Source: Lingula anatina (Eukaryota; Animalia; Brachiopoda). Taken from it: a stretch of 64,000 nt of DNA. This document shows positions 37,440 to 51,600 of this stretch, one piece after another (position 1 is the first letter of the stretch; each line of letters starts with the position of its first letter). The position numbers and the translations under genes were made by a program. Under the pieces are notes generated by a model. It searched no databases, was not told where the DNA came from, and saw only the letters and a program-made list of their open reading frames with translations. The stretch covers positions 30,138,401 to 30,202,400 of the forward strand of contig CM120641.1 in the NCBI GenBank assembly GCA_051362555.1, in the 5' to 3' direction.

Positions 37440-37642
37440 GGGAGGTGTGGGGAGGTGAGGGGTGGGGACGGGACCAGGGTGGGGAGGTGAGGGGTGGGGA
37501 CGGGACCAGGGTTGGGAGGTGAGGGGTGGGGACGGGACCAGGGTGGGGAGGTGAGGGGTGGGGACGGGACCAGGGTGGGGAGGTGAGGGGTGGGGACGGG
37601 ACCAGGGTGGGGAGGTGAGGGGTGGGTGGGGGTGGGCGGGGG
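37440..37642 (+). repeat. 32-bp G-rich minisatellite (~6 copies)
   Basis: Unit GGGTGGGGAGGTGAGGGGTGGGGACGGGACCA. Confidence 0.95.
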
Positions 37643-38662
37643 TACAGTGTCCTTCCCTTAATTTAAGAGGTATCCCTTCTCTCTTCCATATTAACAAATC
37701 AAAACAAGAACAAGAACAAATGAAAAGCGGAAAAAAATTGTACATGAAACGAAACTAGACGAAATCCAGATAATGTATTTCTTCGTTTCCTCCCACTAAA
37801 AAAACCTGGCTTGGTCAGTGAAAATGTGCCTAGATAATGTCTTTTTTAGATCCTGTCAATTTTAAACTAATTGGGCGCATCTGCCAAATGTTTTCATTCA
37901 CTGACTTTCATTTCCGTGAATATTTCTGTTATCCGGGCACCTGGTCCTTTCATACCGCATCTTACGTATAAATGCAAAGAAGTATGTTGTCATTAAACAG
38001 TGCATAGGGTAGAAAAGAATAGGAATGGCAAAATAGTGTTTGGTTAACATAATCCCTTGTGTTCCAAATAGCATGTTGTAAAGATATACACATACTGCTT
38101 CATCAAACTGTGTCATGAATGTGATTTTCTTCGTTTATTTCAGTGGCTCCCAACTGCTGTTTACCGGGTGATTGGATGCGTCGCCGATCAAAGACATCAG
38201 ATTCATGTTGGACATCGCCTGAGCCCATGCCAAGATTGTCTCGCTTGTTGAAGTTTGTCTTGTAGTTTATTTACAGGGTTGACATTTGATATGAAATGTA
38301 ATCTTTACCTTGGATAGTAATATTCTGCATAAAATGTGTATAAAAAAATTGTTGTACGCAGCAAAAATTTTGAACGAAACTTATGATCAGAGAAAAAGAA
38401 AGAAATGGATGGCGTCGACCCTGCATGTCGCTGGTTATATAATATAGATTTGTTTCTAAATCGTAGTACAGTATTTTATCCGCTCATATCGTTTCAAGGT
38501 ATTTTATTTATTATGTATATTTATTATTGTGTCGGAAGGAAGTACCCATCAATTCTCAAACAAAAATACGGCACTTTTTGGAGTTCACCTTTAACAAAAT
38601 AATTTTAATTCAAAAAGTATTTTGCTGAAATGATGGATGAAAACAAAAATGATAGTTATCAA

Positions 38663-38663
38663 A

Positions 38664-38699
<36 letters not shown>
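38663..38699. repeat. (ATT)n microsatellite
   Basis: Direct reading. Confidence 0.95.
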
Positions 38700-40541
38700 G
38701 CGATTTTTAGGTGCCAGTACTATTGATTTTCTAGTTGAAGGTAAAAATTGTCTGTGGGCAAATCTTCAATTAGTCACTTAGCTGTGCATTTGAGGATATT
38801 TGAAATATTTATTTTGAATTAAATTGAACTGAATTCTGAGATTCCGATAAGAAAAATATCTCAACTTCATTACATGAAACTTTTGAGACACAAACGGTTT
38901 CATACAGTGACCGTTAAGTTTGAGAAATGAACAAGTTGTTAATTAAAAATAACTTACAAACACTGTTGTTCAAGTTATAATGCTTTGGACATTACAGCGT
39001 TAGGAAAATGATCAAATTTGTCCACGTGATTGCAGAATTGCCCATGTATAAGAAACGATCCTGTTTTTAAATTGTGGACTTAAGTTTGTGACGCATGTTA
39101 AGAATGAACTTACTTTGGTTTCGGTGTTTTGATATTTTTGTCTGATCAGTGACAGAGACCCATGTACTGTGCTTGGAGGGGTCTAAAACAGTGTTAAGAA
39201 AATGAAACCAGGAGAGAAATAGGGATTTTCACGAAATTACTGCGCATTCGTTATTGCAGTAGGGGGAATATATGTTACCAGCGTGATAAAAATTGTCCCT
39301 TCTTAGGACCACCAAAATTTATCAGCATTGCATGAGCTCATTTGTGTGTTGTTCGACTTTTTGCCAATATCGCAAAGCAGAAATGTAAGTGCTCTCCTGG
39401 AAAAACTTTTGTTCATATGCATGAAAATATCTATTATTAATTAATATTTCTTTGGTTGTGATTGAGGGGTGATTGAGAGAAAAAGGTCTGATTGGATGCC
39501 AGTCCCGCGCGTCCTGTTGGGGTATTTTTGCTAAGTGTTTCTTGATCACTGAGCACCGGAGACCAGAGTAAGGGCGTTAGCATTTATAGATTAATGAATT
39601 TTAAGTCACCGTTTTTGTTTCTGCGTAATCTTTTCAGATTTGTTTGTATATTTTTCTTAAATGTCATGACTAGAATAAGCTTTGAAATTGACCATGTTTT
39701 TATGCTGTTCCTGATTCGCATGTGTGCAAATTTAAGTTTTCGCTCAAAGTCGTGTCATTAACCTACCAATATTAAGGATGTAATGAAATGAAAACAAAAT
39801 AATGTAAAACACTCGATTCTTAAAAATGACTTTTTTGTCTACCCTTTTCTGTGCGAGAATCAGCACGACGGCATAGAACAAGGCGTGCGTGAGTGCGAGT
39901 GCACGTGAGGGGAAGACGCCTATGTGAGATTATATGCATTTTGGAATTTCGATATCATTCACACCACTGAAATTGGATACTTTGCTCCTCAATGAAATTA
40001 GTAATCAATTATTAACGTCAACTTTGAACAAAATTTGACAAGTACGATATGATTTCAATTTATCTTCCAGTCCTGGTCATTTTTTTATATGAATTTTGTT
40101 TTAGTAAGAATTATGTCGAAATTATCTTTTATAAAAATAAATAGAATTTGTTGTTTGAGCAGCAATTTCCAAAGTGCATAAAATCCTTCATATGTGTTAG
40201 TTAGTTTACTATCTGGTAGACTTCTTGTATATTTTTGTAAAAGCATAATTTATAGAATTTTTTAGAAATTTGACACTACTGTAATGATTGCTATGAACGT
40301 AGAAAAAACGTAACTTCACGTATTTTGTTTTGTATAAAACTTCGTTGAAATTACTTGGAATTTATTGAAACAATAAATAATGAAAATAATGTACAGATAT
40401 TTGTATGTTGAATTCCCTTTAATTTTTCACCTTCTGTTCCCTTTAGCTCTCGTTCTCTAGTTCACAGGTCTTACCTATAGAGCCTCTTGTATTAGTTTAC
40501 CTTGATTATTTGAATATTTTTTTGCAAAAGGTAATTTGCTG

Positions 40542-40621
40542 GGACCCAGGAGCGCCAGGTTTCGAACTTGGGACTTTTTGACTCAGAGGCAAGCGCGTTA
40601 CCTACTCCTCTAACTGTTCCC
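40542..40621 (-). mobile_element. tRNA-derived SINE head / tRNA pseudogene
   Basis: Minus strand reads CAGTTAGAGGAGTAGGTAACGCGCTTGCCTCTGAGTCAAAAAGTCCCAAGTTCGAAACCTGG: A-box-like and B-box (GTTCGAAAC) at tRNA spacing, with poor stems. Confidence 0.6.
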
Positions 40622-41332
40622 ACCCACCCTCCACGGGAAGACTTTCCTCTTATAGTAACCAAAGGGAAATTTCTGTAAAGCCCCTTGAAAAGTATTCAAT
40701 GATTTACAAGTACCCGAACCAAGAAACGAACCCAAACCCGAGGGGTACCATTGAGTCAATGGAATTATTGTACTAACCTAAGTAAAATTCTAAACATATC
40801 GTAATACCTTAAAGAAATTTTAGAAACGTAAGACAAGTTTGAAGCCCAACCCCAGGTTGCCGCTGAGAAACGCAACCGTCAAAGAAATAACTAAGACATT
40901 TTGTATATTTGGAAAGTTTTTATTTAGTGCCAAACAACTATGTATTAATTATATCTAAGTATTTTATTGTAAAACTACCAAGTTTAAGTACACTTAAATC
41001 ACTACTTAATCACTTTGAATATCTGTAAGACATGCATGTAAAACAAAGTTATATCTCAAAGGTGTAACATATACAACAAATGTATTACATTTCACCAATA
41101 AATGGTCAACTTAATTACTCGTTTACGGTTTGGTGTTATCAATATCTACAAGCATTCCTAAAAAAAATCAGAACAAATTTGAGAAATTGACAGTAATTAA
41201 AGAGATATAAAGCAGTTCATCAATTATTACACAAAATGTGTGCGTCACTGACTAATAAGATCAATAACTTGTGACTATTTCTATATTTACATGATTTATT
41301 TGATTTAGTCACCACTCGTTACCTTGCTGGTA

Positions 41333-41558
41333 CTTTCGCCCTAAAAAGTTCGGAAACATCGTTATTTTGAATAATTATAAAACAACCATATTTAGTTACG
41401 GTAAATATTTTAACCAAATATTGTTGATTAATGAACCCACAATTTGTTAATGTTTATTTACACAGAAAATTTTCCCAACACATGACATTTTTTTTTTTTT
41501 TTTTTTTTTTTGGTTATTGAAAAACAATTTCACGTTTCCGAACTTTCTTGGTCGCGGG
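41333..41558. mobile_element. 226-bp Tc1/mariner-type MITE
   Basis: Imperfect TIRs sharing AAAGTTCGGAAAC; TA on both sides. Confidence 0.6.
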
Positions 41559-43029
41559 TATCATAACCAACAATCTCCCAGGGCCGCTAATTCCATGTAC
41601 ACTTTTCTCTGGCGCATGCAGGTCAGAAAATTCCCATCGTTTAACTAGAAACATATCTGTGAAAACGTGTATCTAGTGAAAAGTCAATCTGTGGCCCTGG
41701 TAGAGGGTAATCATTATTGTATTTAACATTTAACAAAGGCCACGTCGGCAAACTTGAAGGTCTTACGAGAATAGAGCACGTTGAAAGGCATAAGGGACAG
41801 ATATCTTTACTGAAATAAACCAAACCTGTATCTGACGACCACGCAGTCTTAGACACGCCATGTTTCTAGTACTCAATGCCTCATTTTAAAGGTATCAACA
41901 TGAGGTATCAACAGAACGATTAACATTTGTTAGAAAGAGTATTTTGCGCTATCAGTTTGCCCCCTATGCCTTGAAGGGTTGACATTGTTGGCCAGTGAAG
42001 CCACAATTTTTAAAACTCCGTCACACAAAGATCTGTACGTGTAGCTATAATTAAACTTATATATTCAACGGACTGAAATAGTACAACTGGACTAGTGAAA
42101 TCGTTTTTAGAAATGGAAGTCTTATACAGTGTACCTACTGTCTGTTATGCTCTTTTTATTTCGACCTCAAACCGCTTACTACAAATATTTACATGTCAGT
42201 AAATAGGAATTTAAATGGGAGATTCCACAGCATTTCCCCTTTTTTGTCTGCTTCTTGTAAATATACTCCTTGTACGTCTTCAACTGACGATACTTTTTCT
42301 ACTAACGAAGTCCGAAATAGTTTTCATTTCCATAGGACGTGATAAGGTGAAGTTATGGAGGAAGCAAAATGTTGTGGAGGAAACACTGGGGAATGGCCAA
42401 ACCATTTTTATGCATGCACGCGTCACAATACTTCTTATAAAATTAATTACAAATATGTGAACATTAAATCCATAACACTGATACATTGAAACGTTATACC
42501 GAATTGGTTGAAACATAAATATTCGTATACTTAGTTTCCACACCGCCTCGCATCCACTCCCTGATCACGTAAGGTGTAACAACTCTTCCCAGAGAGTAGG
42601 TTCAATTTGCTTTATGGGGGAGGGGCTAAAGCTTTTCTGTTCAACTCTCACTCTTATCTGACAAGCAAAACTTGATTAAAAATTTACTAAAATCAAATGC
42701 ATATATATGTATATATAGTGCATTTGTGTTAAATATATTCCAAAAAAGAAACCAGAAGAAAACAGCCAAAATGAAATAATGTAATGAGGTCAATGGCGAT
42801 TCTCAAATGGCCCACTGCTTTTATCTGAACAGTTTTCGCCATGTTTGACAAACTGGGCAGTATTATAACGCCACCTGGAGGAAAATATGATCGTCTCTGT
42901 TGCAATAAGTACCTACCACATTATGATATCAACATACTATATGTAGCTGTATATGACATCTACGTCTTTGTATGTCCACACATGAATCTACATGTATGAA
43001 CGGATGTATGTGAGCAAAAATCTAATAAG

Positions 43030-44030
43030 GTTGGTTTTTAAACGTTAGACCTACATCTGTGTTTCAGTCTAGAAAGAGCAACTTGATTATGACTGAGGTA
43101 AGCTTATCTGTTGACTGTGTGTAATTGAAGTGAATTTTTGAGAAGTGAAAACTAGACTTAAAAGACTGGCAAATTCCGATGATAAAAACAGTTAAACATT
43201 AATAATAGTAATGACATATCAAGTCCAATGTTTGTGACATTTGTACAACTGAAGCTTAACAACTGTATAAATCTGAGATAAGCTTATCAGTTGATTGTGT
43301 ATCACGAAAAAGATTTTTTGGACAACATATTTTATTATTACATTTAAAAACTGGCAAATCACATGGCTTACAATAGTTAAAAAATAAATAAAATATATAA
43401 AATAATAATAATAATCTTTATTGGAGAATCGCAACCCGAAGGTTGAAGTTATACAATTATGTTATACAATTATATATGAATATTCAAGTCAAAGTCAAAG
43501 TTAAGCATTAATAATTTTGACAAATCTAGTCCATTATTTGTGATACTTGTACAAATGCTGCTTAACAGCAACAGAAATGTGATAACTCATCACTTACACT
43601 GTGTGATTACTGATGACTGTGTAACGGCATATTTTTAAAACATTTTAAAAGAGTGAAACTTACATTTAAAAAATTGCTAAATTCAACAGATTAAAATAGG
43701 TAAACGTTAATAACTCTGCAAGATGTAGGCCCTACTGTCATGTTTGTAAAACTTGTACAACTGTGGCTTAATTAGCAACTGAAATAATCTAAAATAAGCT
43801 GATCAGTTAACTGTATGTAATGAAAGTAATATTTAGGACAACATATTTGAGAAAACTGATAACATCTATAAAAAACTGGCAAATTCCATGGATAAAAATA
43901 GTTTTAAAAATCTAGTCCAATGTTTGTGAAATGTATACCACTTAGGTAAAAAAAAAAAAACAAGTTAATCTGCTACGTGTAATTAAAGTGTTTTTTTTTC
44001 ACAATTCATTTGAGAAAGGTGAAAACCAGC
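43030..44030. repeat. Highly diverged monomers of the 194-bp satellite (array edge)
   Basis: Recurring TAAGCT(T/G)ATC(A/T)GTT, AACTGGCAAAT and AAATAG(T/G)TAAA at ~190-bp spacing. Confidence 0.75.
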
Positions 44031-44039
44031 TGGAGTAAG

Positions 44040-45650
44040 CACATTTTTATAGAAACAAAAAAGGGAAACCACCTTAAGTGTTGTGCTTGACAAAATACGG
44101 TAAACAACAGTTCTCAATTTTTTGAAGAATACATATATTACAATTCATAACAAATTGTGGGGAGAATTAATGTTCAAATTCAAGGTTGCAAAAAGAATGA
44201 GAATATAAGACTTGCCATCCAAGTTCAATTGTATATATCAGAGCTTGGAAATTTGAAAAGTGCGCTTCATGGCTAAAAGTAGGTCAAGGGTCAAATTCAA
44301 GGCCACAGGAAGACTGTCAATGTATGAGTTCTTATTCAAGTTCGGTAGTATCTGTGGGCATGCCAGTTTTGGAGACATAAGGGACAGAAAATTTGCAAAG
44401 TTCAGTTCATAGTAAAAAGTAGGTCTAGGGTCAAGTTCAAGGTCACAGTTAGATTGCCAATGTATGACTATGGGCATATCTCTGCCAGTTTTGGAGATAT
44501 ATTGATGGAAAACTTGCAAAGTTCAGTTCATGGTGAAAAGTGGGCAAATTAAATTTCAAGGTCATATATTGCCAGTACATTACCTCGTGTTCAAGTTTAA
44601 TAGCAACTTTGGGCATGTATCTGGCAGTTTTGGAGATATAAGGGACAAAAAAGTTGCAAAGTTCAGTTCATGGTGAAAAGTAGGTCAGAGGTCAAATTCA
44701 AGGTGACAGATTGCCAGTATGTGACTTCCTTTTCAAGTTTTATAGTTACTGTGGGCATATCTCTGGCAGTTTTGTAAATATAAGGGACAGAGAGTTGTAA
44801 AGTTCAGTTCAAATTGAAAATTAGGTCAAAGGTCAATCTCAAGGTGACAGATTGCAAGTATATGACTTCCTATTGAAGGTCTATAGTAACTATGTGGGGG
44901 TACCTCTAATTTTGGAGTTATTTCACATTTTATTTTCACTAATGGATATTGCAACATTGTACTTTCTGATATGGTTCAACTTGTATACCATATATGGAAA
45001 ACAAAAACAGACACCATCCCCAGTGTTGTGCTTGACAAGATCTATAAAATGCACTAAACAAAAGGTTTCTAGCATTTATGGTTCCAGGATTAGAGTTTGC
45101 AGTTAAGAAATCTGGCTGCAATGTTGTGCTTGACAAGATCTATAAAATGCACTAAACAAAAGGTTTCTAGCATTTATGGTTCCAGGATTAGAGTTTGCAG
45201 TTAAGAAATCTGGCTGCTTCTCCCATAAAAATGCACCAACTGACCCCTAACTCACGAAGATGAAAGATAACCCTAAGGGTAATACCTGCCCATAATATTA
45301 TAGGATAGGTCTGTGTAGATTCAGAAAATCAGCATGAATGAAAAAAAATTTAAAGAAAATTTTGGCCCATTTAACCTTAAATGGGCATATTTCAAATCCC
45401 ACATACCACTTTCAGTCATCCATAGAAACTTTTCCTGCCATGCCTTTAGTTTGGGAGATATTTTGCATTTCATTTTGCAAATTTTGGACAAGGGTGCAAT
45501 GTGACGAACACCACACCTACACCCCAGCACCGCGTACCCAAAATTCACATGGATCAAGTTGAGATTATATCTGACCTACATACAAGAGATGGATACATGG
45601 TCTCTTATAGTTTAAGAGGAGAAGCAGTAACAGTGACGTGGTGGCAGAGA
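44040..45650 (-). mobile_element. Older inverted copy of the 25778-28092 HINE family, truncated; contains a 98-bp tandem duplication (45024-45216)
   Basis: 45240-45650 is the reverse complement of ~25850-26340. 44240-44920 is the reverse complement of diverged 146-bp units (GCAAAGTTCAGTTCATGGTGAAAAGTAGGTCA). Confidence 0.85.
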
Positions 45651-48600
45651 ACAATGTGCAATAAGACTTAAAATGTATCAAAATTACCATCATGAATATA
45701 ATTAAATATTAGCAATTTTGTCAATTATATTTTATTTCTTTTTAATTTTGAAAAAATGACATTTGACAACTGCAGATATCTGTGATAAGCTTATCAGTTG
45801 ACTGTGTGTAACAGAAGTGCAGCTTATTGGCAATTTATATGAGAAGAGTGAGAATTATTGAAAATAAATATTTTAATACGCCAATATATCATATATATCA
45901 TTCAATATATCATTCAGTCTCCAAAGAAACATCAAATGTGATCATTTGTTTGCTTGTGTAGAGGTGACAAATTGTCCAGAAATGTGACCTAGAAAACAAC
46001 ATATACCCATTCAAGACTTCTTCTTACTACCAATACCAGGTGCAGATTCCTCCTTACAATCAGTTTCTGGAATAGGGTTTAGCACACCATTTGACAAAAT
46101 ATATTTGAAAAAAGTGTAAATTAAATATTAAAAAGTGATAAATTTCCCAGATTAAAATAGTTAAACATAAATACTTTTGAAAAAGTTTAGCTAAATAGAT
46201 GACAACATTGAAAAAAATGCCAAATGCGATAACTTAAAATAGTTAAACATTAATAATGTTGGCAAATCTACTCCATTAATAATTTTGACAAATCTGGTCC
46301 AATCTTTGTGAAATTTATACAAATGATGCATAACAACAATAATAACCTCATCAGTTGACTGGGTCCAATGAAGAAGATTTTTTAAGACAATATAATTGAG
46401 AAAAATGAATATAACATTAAAAAGACTGGCAATTTTCATGGTATAAAATAGTTAAATGTTAATAGTTTTGACAAATCTAGTCCAATATTTTTGAAATTTG
46501 TACAAAACTCATCAGTTGACTGTGTCTAATGAAAAAGATTTTTAAGATAATATTAATTGGAGAAAAACTAAAAATTACATTGAAAAGACTGCCAAATTCC
46601 ATGGTCTAAAATAGTTAAACGTTAAAAATTTTGACAAATCTTGTCTAATATTTGTGGAATTTGGAGAGATGATGCTTAACAATAACAAAAATCTGTGATA
46701 AGCTTAACAGTTGACAGTGTTTGATAGAATTGTAGTTGTTTGGTATTTTGTATGTGAAGGGTGAGAATTATATGTTGTCTTTTGCTGTCTGGTTTTTTCT
46801 AAAGGAATTAGCCCTGACCAGACAGGAAGAATCAGTTCACCAAAAAAGCCATCACGCTGTATGGAAAAGGTCACCTGGAAAAAGAACAATATGTTTGAAA
46901 AAAGTGAAAATTAAATTCTAAAAATTGACAAATTTCCCACACTAAAATAGTTGAACAATAATTTTGATAAACTTAACCTAAACAGTTAACTGTGTGTAAT
47001 AAAAAGGACATTTTCAGAACATATAAATTTGAGAAATACTGAAAATGACATTGAAAAGACTGCCAAATGTGGTGCCTTAAAATAGTTTAATGTAAAAAAT
47101 TTTCACAAATCTTGTCTAATATTTGTGAAATTTGGAAAGATGATGCATAACAACAATAAAAATCTGTGATAAGCTCATCAGTTGAATGTGTCTCATGGAA
47201 AAGAATTTTCAGAGCATATAAATGTGAAAAAACTTAAAATGACATTACAAAGACTGCAAAATTCCATGGCTTCAAATAGTTAAACATTAATAATTTTCAC
47301 AAATCTTGTCTAATGTTTGTGGAATTTGGAGAGATGATGCATAACAACAATAAAAATCTGTCATAAGCTCATCACTTGAATGTGTCTCATGGAAAAGAAT
47401 TTTCAGAGCATATAAATGTGAAAAAACTTAAAATGACATTACAAAGACTGCAAAATTCCATGGCTTCAAATAGTTAAACATTAATAATTTTCACAAATCT
47501 TGTCTAATGCTTGTGGAATTTGGAGAGATGATGCATAACAACAATACATATCTGTGATAAGCTCATCAGTTGACTGTGTCTCATGAAAAAAATTTTTTTT
47601 GGACAATAAAATTGATAAAACAGAAAATGACATTGAAAAAACTGCAAAATGCGGTTCCTTAAAATAGTTAAATGTTAAAAATTTTCACCAATCTTGTTCA
47701 AGATTTGTAAAATTTAGACAGATGATGCATATCAATAATAAAAATCTGTGATAAGCTCATCAGTTGACTGTGTCACATGAAAAACATTTTTCAGAGCATA
47801 TAAATGTGAGAAAACTGAAAATGACATTGAAAAGACTGCCAAATTCCATGGCTTAAAATAGTTAAACATTAATAATTTTCACAAATCTTGTCTAATATTT
47901 GTGAAATTTGGATAGATGATGCATAACAGTTGACTGTATTTGATAGAATTGTAGTTGTTTGACATTTTGTATGCGAAGAGTGAGAATTATCTACAATATT
48001 TTTTTTTCAATTTCACAACATCTAATTAGACTCACATTAAACATCAAATATTATGATTTGAGTTTGTTTGTGTAAGAGGTGACAAATTACCCATAATTGT
48101 CCTCTGGAAAAGAATATATACCCATTTAAGACATCTCCTTACTACCAATACCAGATGCAGATTCCTCCTTACAATCGGTTTCTGGAATAGGGTTTAGCAC
48201 ACCATTTGACAATGTCCTAAAGCTTGCCATATACCATCTATTGTACACATGGATGAGACATAGCATTGCTCTTGCTGTTGTCTTTTGCTGTCTGTTTTTC
48301 CTATAGGAATTAGCCGTGACCAGACAGGAAGAATCAGTTCACCAAAAAAGCCATCATGCTGTATGGAAAAGGGCACTTAGAAAAAGAACAATATGTTTGA
48401 TAAAAGTGAAAATTAAATTCTAAAAATTGACAAATTTCCCACATTAAAATAGTTGAACAATAATTTTGATAATCTTAACCTTAACATTTGACTAATAAAA
48501 AGGACATTTTCAGAACATATAAATTTGAGAAATACTGAAAATGACATTGAAAAGACTGCCAAATGCAGTGCCTTAATATAGTTAAATGTTAAAAATTTTC

Positions 48601-51600
48601 ACAAATCTTGTCCAATATTTGTGAAATTTGGACAGATGATGCATAACAACAATAGAAATCTTTGATAAGCTCATCAGTTGACTGTGTCTCATGAAAAACA
48701 TTTTTCAGAGCATATAAATGTGAGAAAACTGAAAATGACATTGAAAAGACTGCCAAATTCCATGCCTTAAAATAGTTAAATGTTAAAAATTTTCACAATC
48801 TTGTCTAATATTTGTGAAATTTGGATAGATGATGCATAACAACAATAAAAATCTGTGATAAGCTCATCAGTTGACTGTGTCTTGTGAAAAAGATTTTTTT
48901 GGACAATAAATTTGAGAAAACTGACAATAACACTGAAACGACTGCCAAATTCCATGGCTTAAAATAGTTAAACGTTAATTATTTTCACAAATTTTGTCTA
49001 ATATTTGTGAAATTTGGAAAGATGATGCATAACAACAATTAAAATCTGTCATAAGCTCATCAGTTGACTGTGTCTCATGAAAAACATTTTTCAGAGCATA
49101 TAAATGTGAGAAAACTGAAAATAACAATGAAAAGACTGCAAAATTCCATGGCTTCAAATAGTTAAACATTAATAAGTTTCACAAATCTTGTTTAATATTT
49201 GTGAAATTTGGAGAGATGATGCATAACAATAATAAAAATCTGTGATAAGCTCATCAGTTGACTGCGTCTCATGAAAAACATTTTTCAGAGCATATAAATG
49301 TGAGAAAACTGAAAATGACATTGAAAAGACTGCCAAATTCCATGGCTTAAAATAGTTAAACATTAATAATTTTCACAAATCTTGTCTAATGTTTGTGGAA
49401 TTTGGAGAGATGATGCATAACAACAATACAAATCTGTGATAAGCTCATCAGTTGACTGTGTCTCATTTAAAAGATTTTTTTGGACAATAAATTTGAGAAA
49501 ATTGAAAATGACACTGAGAAGACTGCAAAATGCGTAGCCTTAAAATAGTTAAACGTTAATAATTTTCACAAAAATTTGTTCAATATTTGTGAAATTTGGA
49601 GATATGATGCTTAACAATAACAAAAATCTGTGATAAGCTTAACAGTTGACAGTGTGTGATAGAATTGTAGTTGTTAGACATTTTGTATGCCAAGAGTGAG
49701 AATTATCTACAATATTTTTTTTCAATTTCACAACATCTAATTAGACTCACATTAAACATCAAATATTATGATTTGAGTTTGTTTGTGTAAGAGGTGACAA
49801 ATTACCCTTAATTGTCCTCTGGAAAAGAATATATACCCATTTAAGACATCTCCTTACTACCAATACCAGATGCAGATTCCTCCTTACAATTGGTTTCTGG
49901 AATAGGGTTTAGCACACCATTTGACAATGTCCTAAAGCTTGCCATATACCATCTATTGTACACATGGATGAGACATAACATTGCTCTTGCTGTTGTCTTT
50001 TGCTGTCTGTTTTTTCTATAGGAATTAGCCCTGACCAGACAGGAAGAATCAGTTCACCAAAAAAGCCATCACGCTGTATGGAAAAGGTCACCTGGAAAAA
50101 GAACAATATGTTTGATAAAAGTGAAAATTAAATTCTAAAAATTGACAAATTTCCCACACTAAAATAGTTGAACAATAATTTTGAGAAACTTAACCTAAAC
50201 AGTTGACTATGTCTAATAAAAAGGATATTTTCAGAACATATAAATTTGAGAAATACTGAAAATGACATTGAAAAGACTGCCAAATGCGGTGCCTTAAAAT
50301 AGTTTAATGTTAAAAATTTTCACAAATCTTGTCTAATATTTGTAAAATGTGGAAAGATGATGCAGAACAACAATAAAAATCTGTGATAAGCTCATCAGTT
50401 GAATGTGTCTCATGGAAAAGAATTTTCAGAGCATATAAATGTGAAAAAACTTAAAATGACATTACAAAGACTGCAAAATTCCATGGCTTCAAATAGTTAA
50501 ACATTAATAATTTTCACAAATCTTGTCTAATGTTTGTGGAATTTGGAAAGATGATGCATAACAACAATAAAAATTTGTCATAAGCTCATCAGTTGAATGT
50601 GTCTCATGGAAAAGAATTTTCAGAGCATATAAATGTGAAAAAACTTAAAATGACATTACAAAGACTGCAAAATTCCATGGCTTCAAATAGTTAAACATTA
50701 ATAATTTTCACAAATCTTGTCTAATGTTTGTGGAATTTGGAGAGATGATGCATAACAACAAAACATTTCTGTGATAAGCTCATCAGTTAACTGTGTCTCA
50801 TGAAAAAGATTTTTTTTAGACAATAAATTTGAGAAAACTGAAAATAACACTAAAACGACTGCCAAATTCCATGGCTTAAAATAGTTAAACGTTAAAAATT
50901 TTCACAAATCTTGTTCAAGATTTGTAAAATTTAGACAGATGATGCATAACAATAATAAAAATCTGTGATAAGCTCATCAGTTGACTGTGTCTCATGAAAA
51001 ACATTTTTCAGAGCATATAAATGTGAGAAAACTGAAAATGACATTCAAAAGACTGCCAAATTCCATGGCTTAAAATAGTTAAATGTTAAAAATTTTCACA
51101 AATCTTGTCTAATATTTGTGAAATTTGGATAGATGATGCATAACAACAATAAAAATCTGTGATAAGCTCATCAGTTGACTGTGTCTCGTGAAAAAGATTT
51201 TTTTGGACAATAAATTTGAGAAAACTGACAATAACACTGAAACGACTGCCAAATTCCATGGCTTAAAATAGTTAAACGTTAATTATTTTCACAAATTTTG
51301 TCTAATATTTGTGAAATTTGGAAAGATGATGCATAACAACAATGAAAATCTGTGATAAGCTCATCAGTTGAATGTGTCTCATGGAAAAGAATTTTCAGAG
51401 CATATAAATGTGAAAAAACTGAAAATGACATTGCAAAGACTGCAAAATTCCATGGCTTCAAATAGTTAAACATTAATAATTTTCACAAATCTTGTCTAAT
51501 GTTTGTGGAATTTGGAGAGATGATGCATAACAACAATAGAAATCTGTGATAAGCTCATCAGTTGACTGTGTCTCATGAAAAAGAATTTTCAGAGCATATA

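Noticed and set aside
33131-37758. ORFs of 100-185 aa (33131, 33139, 36409, 37410)
   Set aside because: No domains recognised; several are kept open by poly-G/C or minisatellite tracts.
40542-40621. Functional tRNA gene
   Set aside because: Acceptor and anticodon stems do not pair properly; kept only as a SINE head or pseudogene.
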